A program made the translations under genes and the position numbers. Under the pieces are notes generated by a model, which ran no database searches, was not told the DNA's origin, and was given only the letters and a program-made list of their open reading frames with translations. This document shows, one piece after another, positions 49,565 through 61,664 of a stretch of 64,000 nt of DNA. This stretch comes from Octopus sinensis (Eukaryota), in NCBI RefSeq assembly GCF_006345805.1, contig NC_043001.1, positions 24,614,001 through 24,678,000 on the forward strand, written 5' to 3'. The number at the start of each line of letters is the position of its first letter. Position 1 is the stretch's first letter.

Positions 49565-49801
49565 TTCATTTTTGGATTTGGTTTGCAAGATTCTTTATGT
49601 GAGTTCATGTGTTGAAGCATATTCTGTTGTGTCTGGGGAGAGTCATTTTCTTTTTGTGCCTTATAATTTAACACACTCACCAGTAAAATTTCCACTTATT
49701 TCTTATTTATATTTTCCTAAAATTTTCGTTGCGTCTTGCAACCTTTTCAATAGTGAGTGTGTTAAATTATAAGGCACAAAAAGAAAATGACTCTCCCCAG
49801 A
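49565..49801. mobile_element. Penelope-like repeat with internal inverted duplication, copy 2
   Basis: Perfect ~49-bp arms, about 49632-49680 and 49753-49801. Confidence 0.75.
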
Positions 49802-49808
49802 TGCAAAA

Positions 49809-49847
<39 letters not shown>

Positions 49848-49899
49848 TATCAAGTTAGAGGAGTTTAATACCCCTAAGGGATAATTAAATCCAGAGTTG

Positions 49900-50520
49900 C
49901 TCCTGGCTATTAGCTGGGTAGGTATAGTCTTTTGAAAGATTGCACGGTAGCAAGTGGTTCAGCTGGTAAACCGGAGTTTAGGTTATATAAGAAAAGAAAA
50001 TGGATATAATAACAATGAGAAACTCATGGTTTATGCTGGCATGTTTTTCCTCTTTTTACTGGCTTCTATAATAGCCTTCTTCATCAATAACTGCTATGTA
50101 CAGCCATCCATCTATTTCCAACATTTTCTCTGCTTTTTTTGTAACATATTAATGCTCCCAGGTAAAGTGACCAGCTTGTTGTAGATTATGAATGTAAGGG
50201 CTTTCTATGTTGTTGACAAGCTAGGTATTTCTGTTTTGTTGATAAGCAAGGTATTGGTCTATAGTATTTTTGTTTTGGAGAATTAATGTCCTTTTTCCCT
50301 CTAGCAGCCATTCAAGCATTGGTTCCGGCTTGCTTACCAGTTCATTGAATGCTGCTACTATATACCCATGGGTACTGATTTAGTACTTCAGCCTAATATT
50401 GGGGACATTTTACATTCCTAGGGGTTTTTTCCAGTTGCTTGCTATTCTTAATGCATTGATGAGTTCTTTCCTAGCAATGGGAGACCATGTTTGTGGTGCT
50501 ATTATAATTTTTCCTCTTCC
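49900..50520 (-). mobile_element. Old R4/Dong-clade reverse transcriptase relic
   Basis: Broken frames give ASNWK, AFNELVSKPEPMLEWLLEG, YRPIPCL and QLLMKKAIIEASKKR. Confidence 0.7.
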
Positions 50521-50627
50521 TTCTGAACTATTTTGCTCTTTTTGCAGTATATCTGTCCTTGTTTATCACAGGTGTTTCGTTAAAAATAAAGCACCATGTT
50601 CAATGAATCAGTAATATATTGGTTCCA

Positions 50628-50820
50628 AATTTTGGCCCAAGGTCAGCAAGTTTGGTGGAGGGGATCAGTCAATTAAATAAGCCTCAGTACTCAACTGGCA
50701 CTTATTTTATTGACCCAAGAGGGATGAAACACAAAGTCAACTTCTGCGGCATTTGAACTCAGATCGTAAAGATGGGTAAAATGCTCAGCATGCTATCAAT
50801 TCCGCCAGCTCACCACCTTA
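50628..50820 (-). mobile_element. SINE family C
   Basis: Head TAAGGTGGTGAGCTGGCGGAAT and body motifs. Confidence 0.75.
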
Positions 50821-51544
50821 AATGTATCAGTGATACATTAATTATAGAACATTTAAGAAGAATGTTTCCTTCTGGGACCCCAGTTTGTTCTGAGCATTGG
50901 GGATGGTTGCTGGGGCTGCTTTTGTGGTCTAAGCAAAATCCTTGACTGATGACATATCCATGCTATCTCTGAAAAATTCATGATAGGTGCAACACAGTTC
51001 GCAATGAATATATTTTGCTACCATGGATCAGTGATAAAAGAATCAGTGATAAACGAAGATAGATGTGTTGAATGCTTTTGACCATATCCCTTACGTGTAT
51101 GTTTGAATTTCTGTTCATATCAGTATATCCTTTAGTGTTATGTTAGTTGATTTTAATACCCCTGTGCAATCTCTTTGGTATTTGATACATATTCTTTATT
51201 TTCCTGCAAGAAACACATTTTTTTAGAGTAACTTATCCTGCATATTGATGTGTGTTTGTGTAAATATTGTTTATCAATGCATAATGGTAAAAGATAAAAA
51301 CATTGCTTCTGGAATATTCTTTTTATTATATCGATTATATTCTTTTTAGCTATTTGGATTTTTTTTCTTTTGATGTTCAATCCCTTCTTTTATCATTTCA
51401 CTAAGTTAGGACATAAGGATATGTCTTCCCTTTTTTTATTTTTTCAGTTTTACGTAGTATAGATTCTTTCCATTACCATCATCATAATCATCATCGTCAT
51501 CATAATCATCATCGTCATCATCATCCTCATCTTCATTATTTAGG

Positions 51545-51730
51545 TGGTGGAATGGCAGAATCATTAGTGCATTGGCTTTGCAGCATTTGTTCCAAATCTT
51601 TACAATCTGAGTTCAAATCCTGCCACGGTCAACTTTGTCTTTCATGATCAATAAAATAAAATACCAGTCAGGTACTGAGGTGGATGGATCAACTAACCCC
51701 TTCTCTTCAAAACTGCCGGCTTTGTATCTA
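51545..51730 (+). mobile_element. SINE family C, diverged
   Basis: GAGTTCAAATCCTGCC..GGTCAACTTTG..ATAAAATACCAGTC. Confidence 0.6.
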
Positions 51731-51937
51731 GATCAAAAACCATTATTATTATTAGCATTGATAATATTATTTTTGTTAGTATTATGGGGCTCTTATTAAC
51801 TTTCTGAACTTCTACTTGAAAAAGAAAGTGATGGTGGAGAAGGAACTGTTCTTCTCCATTAAATTTATCAAAATGTTGGCAACTGGAGTGAAAATGGTTA
51901 GAGTAAATGATACTATATAAATATGCCTGGTGCTGGC

Positions 51938-52158
51938 ATGGCTTTGTGGTAAGAAGTTTGCCTCCCAAGCACATGATTCCTGGTTCAGTTCCACTGTGTG
52001 ACATCTTGGGCTAGTGTCTCCTATTATAACTTCAGGCCAACCAAAGCCTTGTCAGTGAATTCAGTAGACAGAAATCGAAAGAAGCCCGTTATCTATCTAT
52101 CTATCTACCTATCTGCCTATTTACCTACCTACCTACGTACCTACCTGCTTGCCTGCCT

Positions 52159-52216
<58 letters not shown>

Positions 52217-52323
52217 GTGTGTGTCTTTGTGCCTGTGTTTTGTCTTCATCACCACTTAACAATTGGTGTAGGTGTGTTTACATCCCCCATAACTTAGTGG
52301 TTTGACAAAAGAGACCAATAGAA
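51938..52323 (+). mobile_element. SINE family A, tail missing
   Basis: Head and centre; stops at GACCAATAGAAT. Confidence 0.8.
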
Positions 52324-52799
52324 TTTTGAGCAGCCCATTCTGCTCAAAAGGTTCCTGAATAAGGGTTAAGGATAATGAACCAAACACCTATGTTTCCAAG
52401 AGTGAATTATTCAAACCCCAAAGAATTCCTCTCAACACATGGCTATGATGCTCCCCCACTACTTCTGCTCATGATCAAAGATGCACATATTGTCAACCAC
52501 TAAGGAACATGCTCAACTCGTTACGGTCAAGCAACTGACAAGCAAATCTGTGGTATTGAGCAGAATATTTGCTGTAGCCCATCTTTTATACCAAGATAAA
52601 ACAATGTGTATGTTAACAGTTTCAATTACTTAAGATCAGGAGCCATGAGAGTCATTGCCTAGTACAGTGTCATCACTGTTGGTGGCACCAGTGTCGTTTT
52701 TCTGTGACATGGTATTAATGTTGAAATTGATTTATTTTTATGCTTCCTATTGGATCACAATCATAGTCTAGGATAAGAAGAATTTTTGTTTCTTCTCCT

Positions 52800-53330
52800 A
52801 TAAAAGTCCTTTTATGCTGTTCATGTCAATCCTTACTTTGTATCAAGAACTTCCCAGATAATACTTGTTGAACCAAGCCTTGTTGAATCAAGGCTTTCTG
52901 TACTACACCTACTTCCAGATTAAGATTTTTACTGGACATTGTTGTAGAGTTGAAAACGAGGTAATTTCTACTCTTCTCTTCTGGAAGCTATCTGCTTGCG
53001 ATACCAGAGGACACACACTTTCCTACCCTGATGTAATCTCCTGGGATACAGGCATCCAGCAACAGGACCTCCGTAATGCTATGATGGACCATGAAGTCTG
53101 GCGTAACATAGTAAATTCCATTGTCTTAACCACGGTCGAACAATGATGATGATCCAGATTAATATCTAACTTTCCAACAATCATACTTCAAATTATTTGC
53201 CACTGTTCCCAGGGTCCCAATGATAACTGGCAAGATCACAACCTGTTACTTTCTTTATTCTACTGTTTGAGAATTTCACACTCCCAGTCAATAAATACTC
53301 TACTTTACCTTTTCCTTTTTCTTGATTCCC
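52800..53330 (-). mobile_element. Old R4/Dong-like RLE C-terminal relic interrupted by an RTE fragment
   Basis: VILPVIIGTLGTVANNL at 53160-53230 and EVGVVQKAL...VL at 52840-52925, on either side of the RTE piece. Confidence 0.55.
52975..53153 (+). mobile_element. RTE LINE extreme 3' fragment
   Basis: RGHTLSYPDVISWDTGIQQQDLRNAMMDHEVWRNIVNSI then an (ATG)n tail. Confidence 0.8.
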
Positions 53331-53789
53331 ATACCAAATAAGTATGCCACGTTAATTACTCTTTCTTCTTACCAACTGCTACAATATTTGGCTTGTGCTT
53401 TATTTTGTTTTGTTATATTCTGTTTTGGTTTTATTTTGTATAGAAAAGTCCCATAACAACCACACTTCATTGTTTTTGTGGTTTTTCATTTTTGATCATA
53501 CAAAATAATTATCTTCAACAATGGAAATTGCATCATCATCATCATCATCATGGTGCTGTTGTTATTGTTAAAATACATCAATAATTTCCATTCTTACGTC
53601 AAATAGAATTAGTACATTTTAGGAAACCTGCATAGAAATAGTCACAGTATTTACAGACTATATTATTATTTTCTAGAACATGCTTATTCTTATCCTTGTT
53701 GGTAATCTTCGATTCCCTTTACAGCACAGTTGTCTTTCCTTCCTGCTGTTCTGTAGACATGTTTGTTTGTTCCTTCTCAAGCCATGCCT

Positions 53790-54052
53790 GGCTCATAAGG
53801 GCCGGTTTCCTGGTTTCCTTGGTGTATAGATTCCCCACCTGGACGGGACGCCGGTCCGTCGCAGGTGAGCTGCATGATGCAGGAAGAAAGAGTGAGAGAA
53901 AGTTGTGGCGAAAGAGTCAGCAGAAGTTCGCCATTACCTTCTATCGGAGTTGCATGGAGCTTATAAACACACACATTACCCGGTCTGAGATTTGACCCCG
54001 CGATCCATCGACTGTGAGTCCATTGCTCTAACCACTAGGCTATGTGCCTCCA
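53790..54052 (-). mobile_element. SINE family E
   Basis: Shares AGAGTGAGAGAAAGTTGTGGCGAAAGAGT and the tRNA-like head with 14590. Confidence 0.8.
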
Positions 54053-54262
54053 ACCATAGACATGTCCCTTAGATGCTATAGCATAACAGTATTAAGTGAA
54101 GCATAATGCAGTTGGCAGAAATATTACTGCCTTATTTTCATGCTTTTCCATGTAATAAAGAAGTAAGTTATTGGTGACTCAAATATTTGATTCAGTTTCT
54201 GCTCACTAATATTTTTAAAATCTAGAGAAAGTTATAAAGTTATGAGCATCAGAACTTATAAT

Positions 54263-54655
54263 TATCATCATCATCATCATCATCATCGTTTAACGTCTGC
54301 TTTCCATGCTAGCATGGGTTGGACGTATGACTGAGGGCTGGCGAACCAGATGGCTGCACCAGGCTTCAATCTTGATTTGATCTGGCAGAGTTTCTACAGC
54401 TGGATGCCCATCCTAATGCCAACCACTCCGAGAGTGTAGTGGGTGCTTTTACGTGCCACCGGCATGAGGGCCAGTCAGGCGGTACTGGCAACGACCTCGC
54501 TCAAATCTTTTACACATGCCACCGGCACAGGTGCCAGTAAGGCGATGCTGGTAATAATCACACTCGAATGGTGTCTTTTACGTGCCACCAACACGGAGGC
54601 CAGATAGCTGCTCTGGCAACGATCATGCTTGGATGGTGCACTTTAAGGTGATGCT
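54263..54655 (-). mobile_element. SINE family B
   Basis: Family motifs, 3-4 modules. Confidence 0.85.
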
Positions 54656-54702
54656 GGTATCCTTCATCTAAAAGCCTCATAGTTCATGCTTATATAAGAT
54701 AC

Positions 54703-54759
54703 CCATTATTAGGTATTCCCCAAGGTGAAGATCATAAAAATTTTTGTATCTCTTATGTG
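54703..54759 (-). CDS. Candidate exon
   Basis: GCATTTCAG acceptor, GTATCT donor, 57 nt, HKRYKNFYDLHLGEYLIM. Confidence 0.2.
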
Positions 54760-55054
54760 CTGAAATGCTTGCAAGATCAGCTGTGATGGTTTTTCAGTTT
54801 TCCGTGATCAATAAATTAATGATTGTCGTTATAACAAAACACATCTGTGAGAAACCTTTATTATTACTAAAAAGAAAAAAGCCTTTATAGTTATTGATCT
54901 TTTGGAAAATATATGTTTTAAGAGAAATCCTTTCTCCTTAAACAGCAAACTCTTGAAACTGCTTCCTTGCCTACCTTTTCTCTATAAACATCAACCTAGA
55001 ATTTAAACATCAACTTCATCAGCTTCACAAATCTGATAAGAATATATATATATA

Positions 55055-55280
55055 TTTCGTTTTTGGATTTGGTTTGCAAGATTCTTTATATGAGTTCATG
55101 TGTTGAAGCATATTCTGTTGTGTCTGGGGAGAGTCATTTTCTTTTTGTGCCTTAAGGTTGCAAGACGCAATGAAAATTTTAGGACAATAAAAATAAGAAA
55201 AAAGTGGAAATTTTACCTGTGAGTGTGTTAAATAATAAGGCACAAAAAGAAAATGACTCTCTCCAGACACAACAGAATAT
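55055..55280. mobile_element. Penelope-like repeat with internal inverted duplication, copy 3
   Basis: Arms 55110-55153 and 55237-55280; spacer inverted relative to copies 1 and 2. Confidence 0.75.
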
Positions 55281-55286
55281 ATATAT

Positions 55287-55505
55287 AAGGCAGTGAGCTG
55301 GCAGAAACATTAACATGCCAAGTGAAATTCTTAGTGGTATTTCATCTGTTGTTACGATCTGAGTTCAAATTTCGCTGAGGTCGACTTTACCTTTCATCCT
55401 TTCGAGGTCAATAAAATAAGTACCAGTTATGCACTGGGGTCAATGCAATCGACTTAATCCCCTTGTTTGTCCCCTCTGTGTTTAGCCCTTTGTGAGCAAT
55501 AAAGA
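55287..55505 (+). mobile_element. SINE family C, full monomer
   Basis: AAGGCAGTGAGCTGGCAGAAAC...GAGTTCAAATTTC...GGGCAATAAAG-like tail. Confidence 0.85.
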
Positions 55506-55633
55506 TATATATATATATATCACATGATCACGTGACCGACCAGTCCATCAGATGTAGTTACACATCACTGGTCACAATGCTTTCGCATTGTTTTAGCCTT
55601 CGAATGACGCCACCCCGCTCGCTAAGCAAGCAG

Positions 55634-55686
<53 letters not shown>

Positions 55687-55693
55687 TATATAT

Positions 55694-55749
<56 letters not shown>

Positions 55750-55754
55750 CAGAG

Positions 55755-55918
55755 ATGCAGGCATGGCAATGTGATGAAGAAGTTCACTTTGCAACCTTGT
55801 GGTTTGGGGTTCAATCCCACTGCATAACATCTTGGGCAAGTGCCTTCTGTTGTAGCCCCAATTTGACCAATGCCTTCTCAGTGAATTTGGTAAATGAAAA
55901 TTGTGGAAGCTCATGACA

Positions 55919-55972
<54 letters not shown>

Positions 55973-56182
55973 TTTGTGTTTATGTTTGATCTCCCCAACG
56001 ATTCCTTCACAACCAGTATTGGTTTGTTTACGTCCCCATAATTTAGCATTCTAGCAGAAGTGATCAACTTAATAGGTACTAAACTTCAAAACAAGAAAAA
56101 AAAAAGCTCTGGGGTCGATTTATTCAGCTAAACCTTTTTCAAGGTGGTGCCCCAGCATGGCCACAGTCCAATGACTGAAACT
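55755..56182 (+). mobile_element. SINE family A, older subfamily with (TG)n centre
   Basis: Tail AGGTGGTGCCCCAGCATGGCCACAGTCCAATGACTGAAAC. Confidence 0.8.
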
Positions 56183-56511
56183 TAAAAAAATATTAAAAAA
56201 TATTAAAAAATATAAAATAATATTTTTATTTTCTGCTTGGAGGTTCACTTGATTTTTCAGTTGAAATACTATATTTGTCATATCAACATTTAGTGCAAAA
56301 AGATTTCATGTGAAAATATTATATTAAAATATTAGAAATATAGTTCCAGGTGTTTGCTTGCCTCTCTGATAGAGCTATGGTTCACTTACTAAAAGATTGC
56401 CATTTTAAATCCCAGAGTACCTAAATTATCAGTTTACTCATACTGCACTGTACTAAACAGAAGTGGGATGAGGCAATGTTTGTAACATGACTTTCAAATA
56501 GATTCTCTAAA

Positions 56512-56893
56512 AGGCGTAGGAGTGGCTGTGTGGTAAGTAGCTTGTTTACCAACCACATGGTTCCGGGTTCAGTCCCACTGCGTGGCACCTTGGGCAAGTG
56601 TCTACTGCTATTGCCTCGGGCCGACCAAAGCCTTGTGAGTGGATTTGGTAGACAGAAACTGAAAGAAGCCCGTCGTATATAGGTATATATATATATATTT
56701 GTGTGCGTGTTTGTGTGTCTGTGTTTGTCTCCCCCAACATCGCTTGACAACCAATGCTGGTGTGTTTACGTCACCGTAACTTAGCGGTTCAGCAAAAGCG
56801 ACCGATAAAATAAGTCCTGGGGTCGATTTGCTCGACTAAAGGTGGTGCTCCAGCATGACCACAGTCAAATGACTGAAACAAGTAAAAGAGTAA
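56512..56893 (+). mobile_element. SINE family A, full length
   Basis: Complete head, centre and tail. Confidence 0.95.
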
Positions 56894-56984
56894 AGTCTGG
56901 AATAAAATGATAGTTTCTAGAATAAATGTTATGAAATATCTGACTACTTGACAAAGAAATCTAGAAACGTAGATGTGGCTAAGC

Positions 56985-57385
56985 ACAAGTATGACCGTAT
57001 GGTTAAGCATCTTGCTTCCTAACCATGTGATTTTTGGTTCTGTGCTAATGTGATGCATTTTGAACAGTGTCATCTATTATAGTCCCAGGTTGACCAAAGC
57101 CTTGTATGCAGATTGGGTGGATAGAAACTGAAAGAAACTATGTCATATATATCATCATCATCATTTAGTGTCCGTTTTCCATGCTGGCATGGGTTGGATG
57201 ATTTGACTGAAAAAGTGGTAACCTGGGGAGCTGCACCAGGTTCCAGTCTGCTTTGGCATGGTTTCTACAGCTAGATGTCCTTCCTATGGGTGCTTCTTAT
57301 GTGCCACCAGCACGGGTGCTAGTTGTGCAACACTGACATCAGCTATGATTGTGATTTCACTTGGTTTGACACGTCTCAAACATAG
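56985..57385. mobile_element. SINE A 5' half (+) followed at its central (TA)n by SINE B (-)
   Basis: A head to 57150; (CAT)n tail of B starts at 57152. Confidence 0.7.
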
Positions 57386-57399
57386 CATGTGTGTTAGTG

Positions 57400-57600
57400 A
57401 CCACATATGTACCGTTGGTGATTTTTTCCTCTGTCTTCCCTTCCTTGGATCTTTCCTTTTCCTATGTTTCTGACGAAGAGCTCCGCTCGAAACGTTAAAT
57501 CCTCCTTTTTTCTTTCCTTTCCTGAGCGTCCAATAACACTATACTTGTTCCACATCCTCACGTTGTTGTGTTTTCTCTTTCTGTTTTTATTTTGGATTAA
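57400..57600 (+). mobile_element. Penelope-like terminal repeat
   Basis: Contains the CTGACGAAG...CGAAACGT motif; downstream TTCCTGAGCG shared with the related copies. Confidence 0.7.
57466..57500 (+). ncRNA. Minimal Type I hammerhead ribozyme motif with canonical core
   Basis: GUUU CUGACGA A GAGC-UCC-GCUC GAAAC GUU AAAU; palindromic AACGUU at stem III; predicted cleavage after 57496. Confidence 0.65.
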
Positions 57601-58009
57601 CTATATATATATATATATGAAAGAAGGTTTGAAAAATGCAATTTTAAAGATGTTTATTCACTTGACCGGTTTCACTTTTTTAGAAAAAGATTGTCAAAAG
57701 TAAAATGTAAAGCTTTGTATGAGCTTTGTTGTGTGAAGTACTGCTTATCACAAAAGTATTAAAATACAGATATACATTCTTTGATAATAATAGGAAAATG
57801 CTTAAAACAGTTTACAAGAAAGTATTTTGAAAGTAATCTGAATGGGACTCCAAAAAGTATTTTGAGTTCAGGTAGTATATATATATACACAGAAGGAGAT
57901 GTATTTAAGAATTTACAAAAGTTGTAGAGGAAAAAATGACCTGTCTTTCTGACATTTTGTCTGGTGTGTAGCTAACAACTTTACTTTGTTATATATATAT
58001 ATAACGGGA

Positions 58010-58215
58010 AGCTTATGAAAATAAACAAAAGACGAAGGCAGGTGGAGTACAAACAAACAATTGTATTAGTATGGCGCTCAGGAATATAAATAAAACAAGT
58101 CTTTTACGTTTCGAGCCTACACTCTTCAACAGAAAGATACACAGAAAAGAAACTCGGAGAGAAACAAGGAGAGAAAAAAAAATGCGGGCAGAAGCTAGCA
58201 ATTCAACATGGCGAT
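58010..58215 (-). mobile_element. Penelope-like terminal repeat with hammerhead variant
   Basis: UCUUU CUGUUGA A GAGU-GUAG-GCUC GAAAC GUA AAAGA at 58137-58100. Confidence 0.65.
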
Positions 58216-58831
58216 ATATATATATACGTGTGTGTGTGTGTACTCTTGTCTAGATGTCACATGATGGTTGTAAATGAACATCACCATCATACAAGTAAGG
58301 TTATTATTTTCTAGCTTTCTGTGGAAAAACAACTGTAGGGAGATATTACCTTACCTGGGAACAGGTGGTAATTGTTGGCAGGAAGGGTATTTGGCTGTAG
58401 AAAAATCTGCCTCAGTGAATTCTGTCTGACCCATTCTACATGAAAAAGTAGATGCTAAATAAGGACGACGATGATGACGAAGAAGAATCTACAATATTTG
58501 CAACATAATCTAAAATATTTACCTTTTATATCAGATATTAATCTGATAGTTGATTGACACTGACAACTTATATATAATAGATAATTGGATTCTTTATTCT
58601 AAATAAAAACAATTTACAATCACTCTGGAAGTAAACTGATTATCAATTTTTTTTGACATTACATAATTGTCATTTGTTCTGAACATGTGCTTCGCTTCTT
58701 GATGGCACCAAACACTTCAATCAATTAGGCCAAGCTTCTCTTCCTCATCTGCTAATAAAATTATTATGTGTTATATATGGAAGTGGTATTTTAACATATG
58801 CAAATTGGTAAAGTAATATTTTTCCTATACT

Positions 58832-59030
58832 AAGGTGGTGAGCTGGCAGAACCGTTTGCACACTGGGTGAAATGCTTAGCGGTATTTCATCTGCCACTAC
58901 ATTCTGTGTTCAAATTCTGCCGAGATAGACTGGGGTTGATGTAATCGACCTAATCCGTTTTTCCCCTCTGTGTGTAGCCCCTTGTGGGCAGTAAAGAAAT
59001 AAGAAACACCGGGCGAAATGCTTAGTGATA
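58832..59030 (+). mobile_element. SINE family C with the start of a second unit
   Basis: Head AAGGTGGTGAGCTGGCAGAACC; junction GTAAAGAAATAAGAAACAC as in the 17957 dimer. Confidence 0.8.
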
Positions 59031-59719
59031 TTATGTATGTATGTATGCACACACACACACACAATATGCATATTTCTCCACCTCTTCTGTATTATTCCTT
59101 GTGTGCGATCTAATTTATTTTAAGTCACACTTTAATTTTCTTTTAGTCATGCCTTTTCAAGTGTTTCTGCGTTCTTTATTTTCATAGCTTTTCATTGTTC
59201 ATAGTTCACTGACATTCTGTGATATGCAACAAGTACTCTTAATTTTTATATAAAAGAAAAGAAAAAAAAGATTGTATATTATTTTTCACTTGAAGAAATT
59301 CTATAACTGCTTGCATTCTCAATGCTAATTGGGTCTACAAAATAGGTTTTCAAAATACTTGTATAACTACAATACATACTGTAGTTGAAATACGTCATGT
59401 CTAAAACAATAAATACTAAGAAAGATGTCTAGAAAATTTTCTGAATTCTATTTTTGTTCATGAAAATTACCCAGGGATCAAGTGAGATATATATATTTTT
59501 TACAACTTATATCTTGTTTTCACTCAACCTTCCTTAATTGCGTCTCAACAAACTGGTTTCTTGCCAAATAGGTATCTACCAAATTACTGAATCTTATCAT
59601 TCACATCTCTTCACATTGCTGGATCTGTCCCTTCAGACTACCAAATCAGCTCTTCATAAAAGTCAACTAGCACACACTGCTGACCATCTCAGGTTCACAC
59701 ACATATTCTTTGATTCTTT

Positions 59720-60112
59720 TACTTATTTCAGTCATTTGACTGTGGCCATGCCGGAGTGCTGCCCTAAAGAGGTTTTAGTCAAAGGCATCAACCCCAAGAC
59801 TTATTCTTACTTAGCCTAGTACTTATTCTATCAGTCTATTTTGGTGAACTGCTAAGTTACAGGGACGTAAGCACACCAACATCGGTGGTCCAGCAATGGT
59901 GGGGAGGGGGGGGCAAACACAGACTCTCTCACACACATATACATAACTACACACATGCATACGACAGGCTTCTTTCAGTTTCCATCTACCAAATCCACTC
60001 ATAAAGCTTTGGTCAGCCTGAGGCTATAGTAAAAGACATTACCCAAGGTGCCCCATAGTGGGACTGAACCCAGAACCATGTGGTTGAGAAGCAAGCTTCT
60101 TACCATACAACC
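59720..60112 (-). mobile_element. SINE family A
   Basis: Full-length reverse complement. Confidence 0.85.
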
Positions 60113-60547
60113 ATGGTTTTTAATGTCCACTTTTTTATGCTCAAATGGATTAGATGGAATTTGTTGAGACTGAGATTTTCTATGGCCAGATAACTATCCT
60201 GTGGTCAATCCTCACCTCTTTCCAAGCAAACTAATATTTCCTTCATGGCCAAACATGATTTTCATTGAAGACTGGATGCAAATGACACTGCTTGTACAAC
60301 ACTGACATCTACAGCTACCACACAGTAGCTGTAAATGAAATGTTTACACACACATACACAAATATACACATGCATGCACATATGCACACAGACATACATA
60401 AGATATCTTTCCTTCTATTTATGCAGAATGGAAACTTCTTATGATAGCATGAAATTGTAACATTATCATTAACTTCTTAGTCATGGTTAGCGCAAGCAAA
60501 ACTGGTCAACCGTCTAAATATTTCATCTTGATAATATATACATACAT

Positions 60548-60607
<60 letters not shown>

Positions 60608-61177
60608 TCTGTGAATTTTCTTTCTTTTTATATTTTTCTCTACAATTCACCATAAGGGAAAAAATTTTATTGAACATTTTCACTATATATATTTATAAAC
60701 ATATATGCATATAAAGGAGTAAATATTCAAATGAATACTCATAAAGATGCTATTGTTATTATTATTATTATCAGCGGTAAATCTAAATAATTGATAATAG
60801 TAACAACAGTAACATTAGTGGCAGCAAGCGATATTAGCATTAAAGAAGCTATACAAAAAATTCCTAATTATATTAGAGTGTAGTGGAAGTAAAAACCTCC
60901 AACTTAACCACCAATCTCACTGAAAATATGCAACAGACCAACAGAAATCGGGCAAATAAGCAGAATTTAATATACTATCTCAGCTAAAAAGCCATAGAAT
61001 GAGGTAACAGATATACCTGGATCATGATTTTGAATTGTGGCTAGTGCCTCAATTCTCTTCAGCATGTCTTGCCATATCTAAAATGAAAAATCCATCTCAC
61101 CTTGTTGTAATCCATTATGTCTTGGATAGTCTCACACAAAATTCAGAACAATTTCAGTGCATAAAATATATATATAT

Positions 61178-61568
61178 GCTGTGTGGTAAGTAGCTTGCTT
61201 ACCAACCACATGGTTCAGGGTTCAGTCCCACTGCATGGCACCTTGGACAAGTGTCTTCTACTACAGCCTCGGGCCGACCAAAGCTTTGTGAGTGGATTTG
61301 ATAGACGGAAACTGAAAGAAGCCTGTCGTATATATGTATATATATATGTGCCTGTGTATGTATATATTTGTGTGTCCATGTTTGTCCCCCCAACATCGCT
61401 TGACAACCGATGTTGGTCTGTTTACATCCCTGTAACTTAGCAGTTCGGCAAAAGAGACCAATAGAATAATTACTAGGCTTACAAAGAATAAGTCCTGGGG
61501 TCAATTTGCTCGACTAAATGCAGTGCTCCTGCATGGCCACAGTCAAATGACTGAAACAAGTAAAAGAG
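61178..61568 (+). mobile_element. SINE family A
   Basis: Head (first bases missing), centre and tail. Confidence 0.9.
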
Positions 61569-61664
61569 AGTATCAGTGGCAAATCGAAATAATTGATAAT
61601 AATGACAACAATAACATTAGTGTACTCTCTAATATATATATATATATATATATTAGCCCATCTA

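Noticed and set aside
52440-52480. Short resemblance to U1 snRNA (GTAGTGGGGGA on the minus strand)
   Set aside because: About 11 nt only, with no 5' ATACTTACC and no colinear stem-loops.
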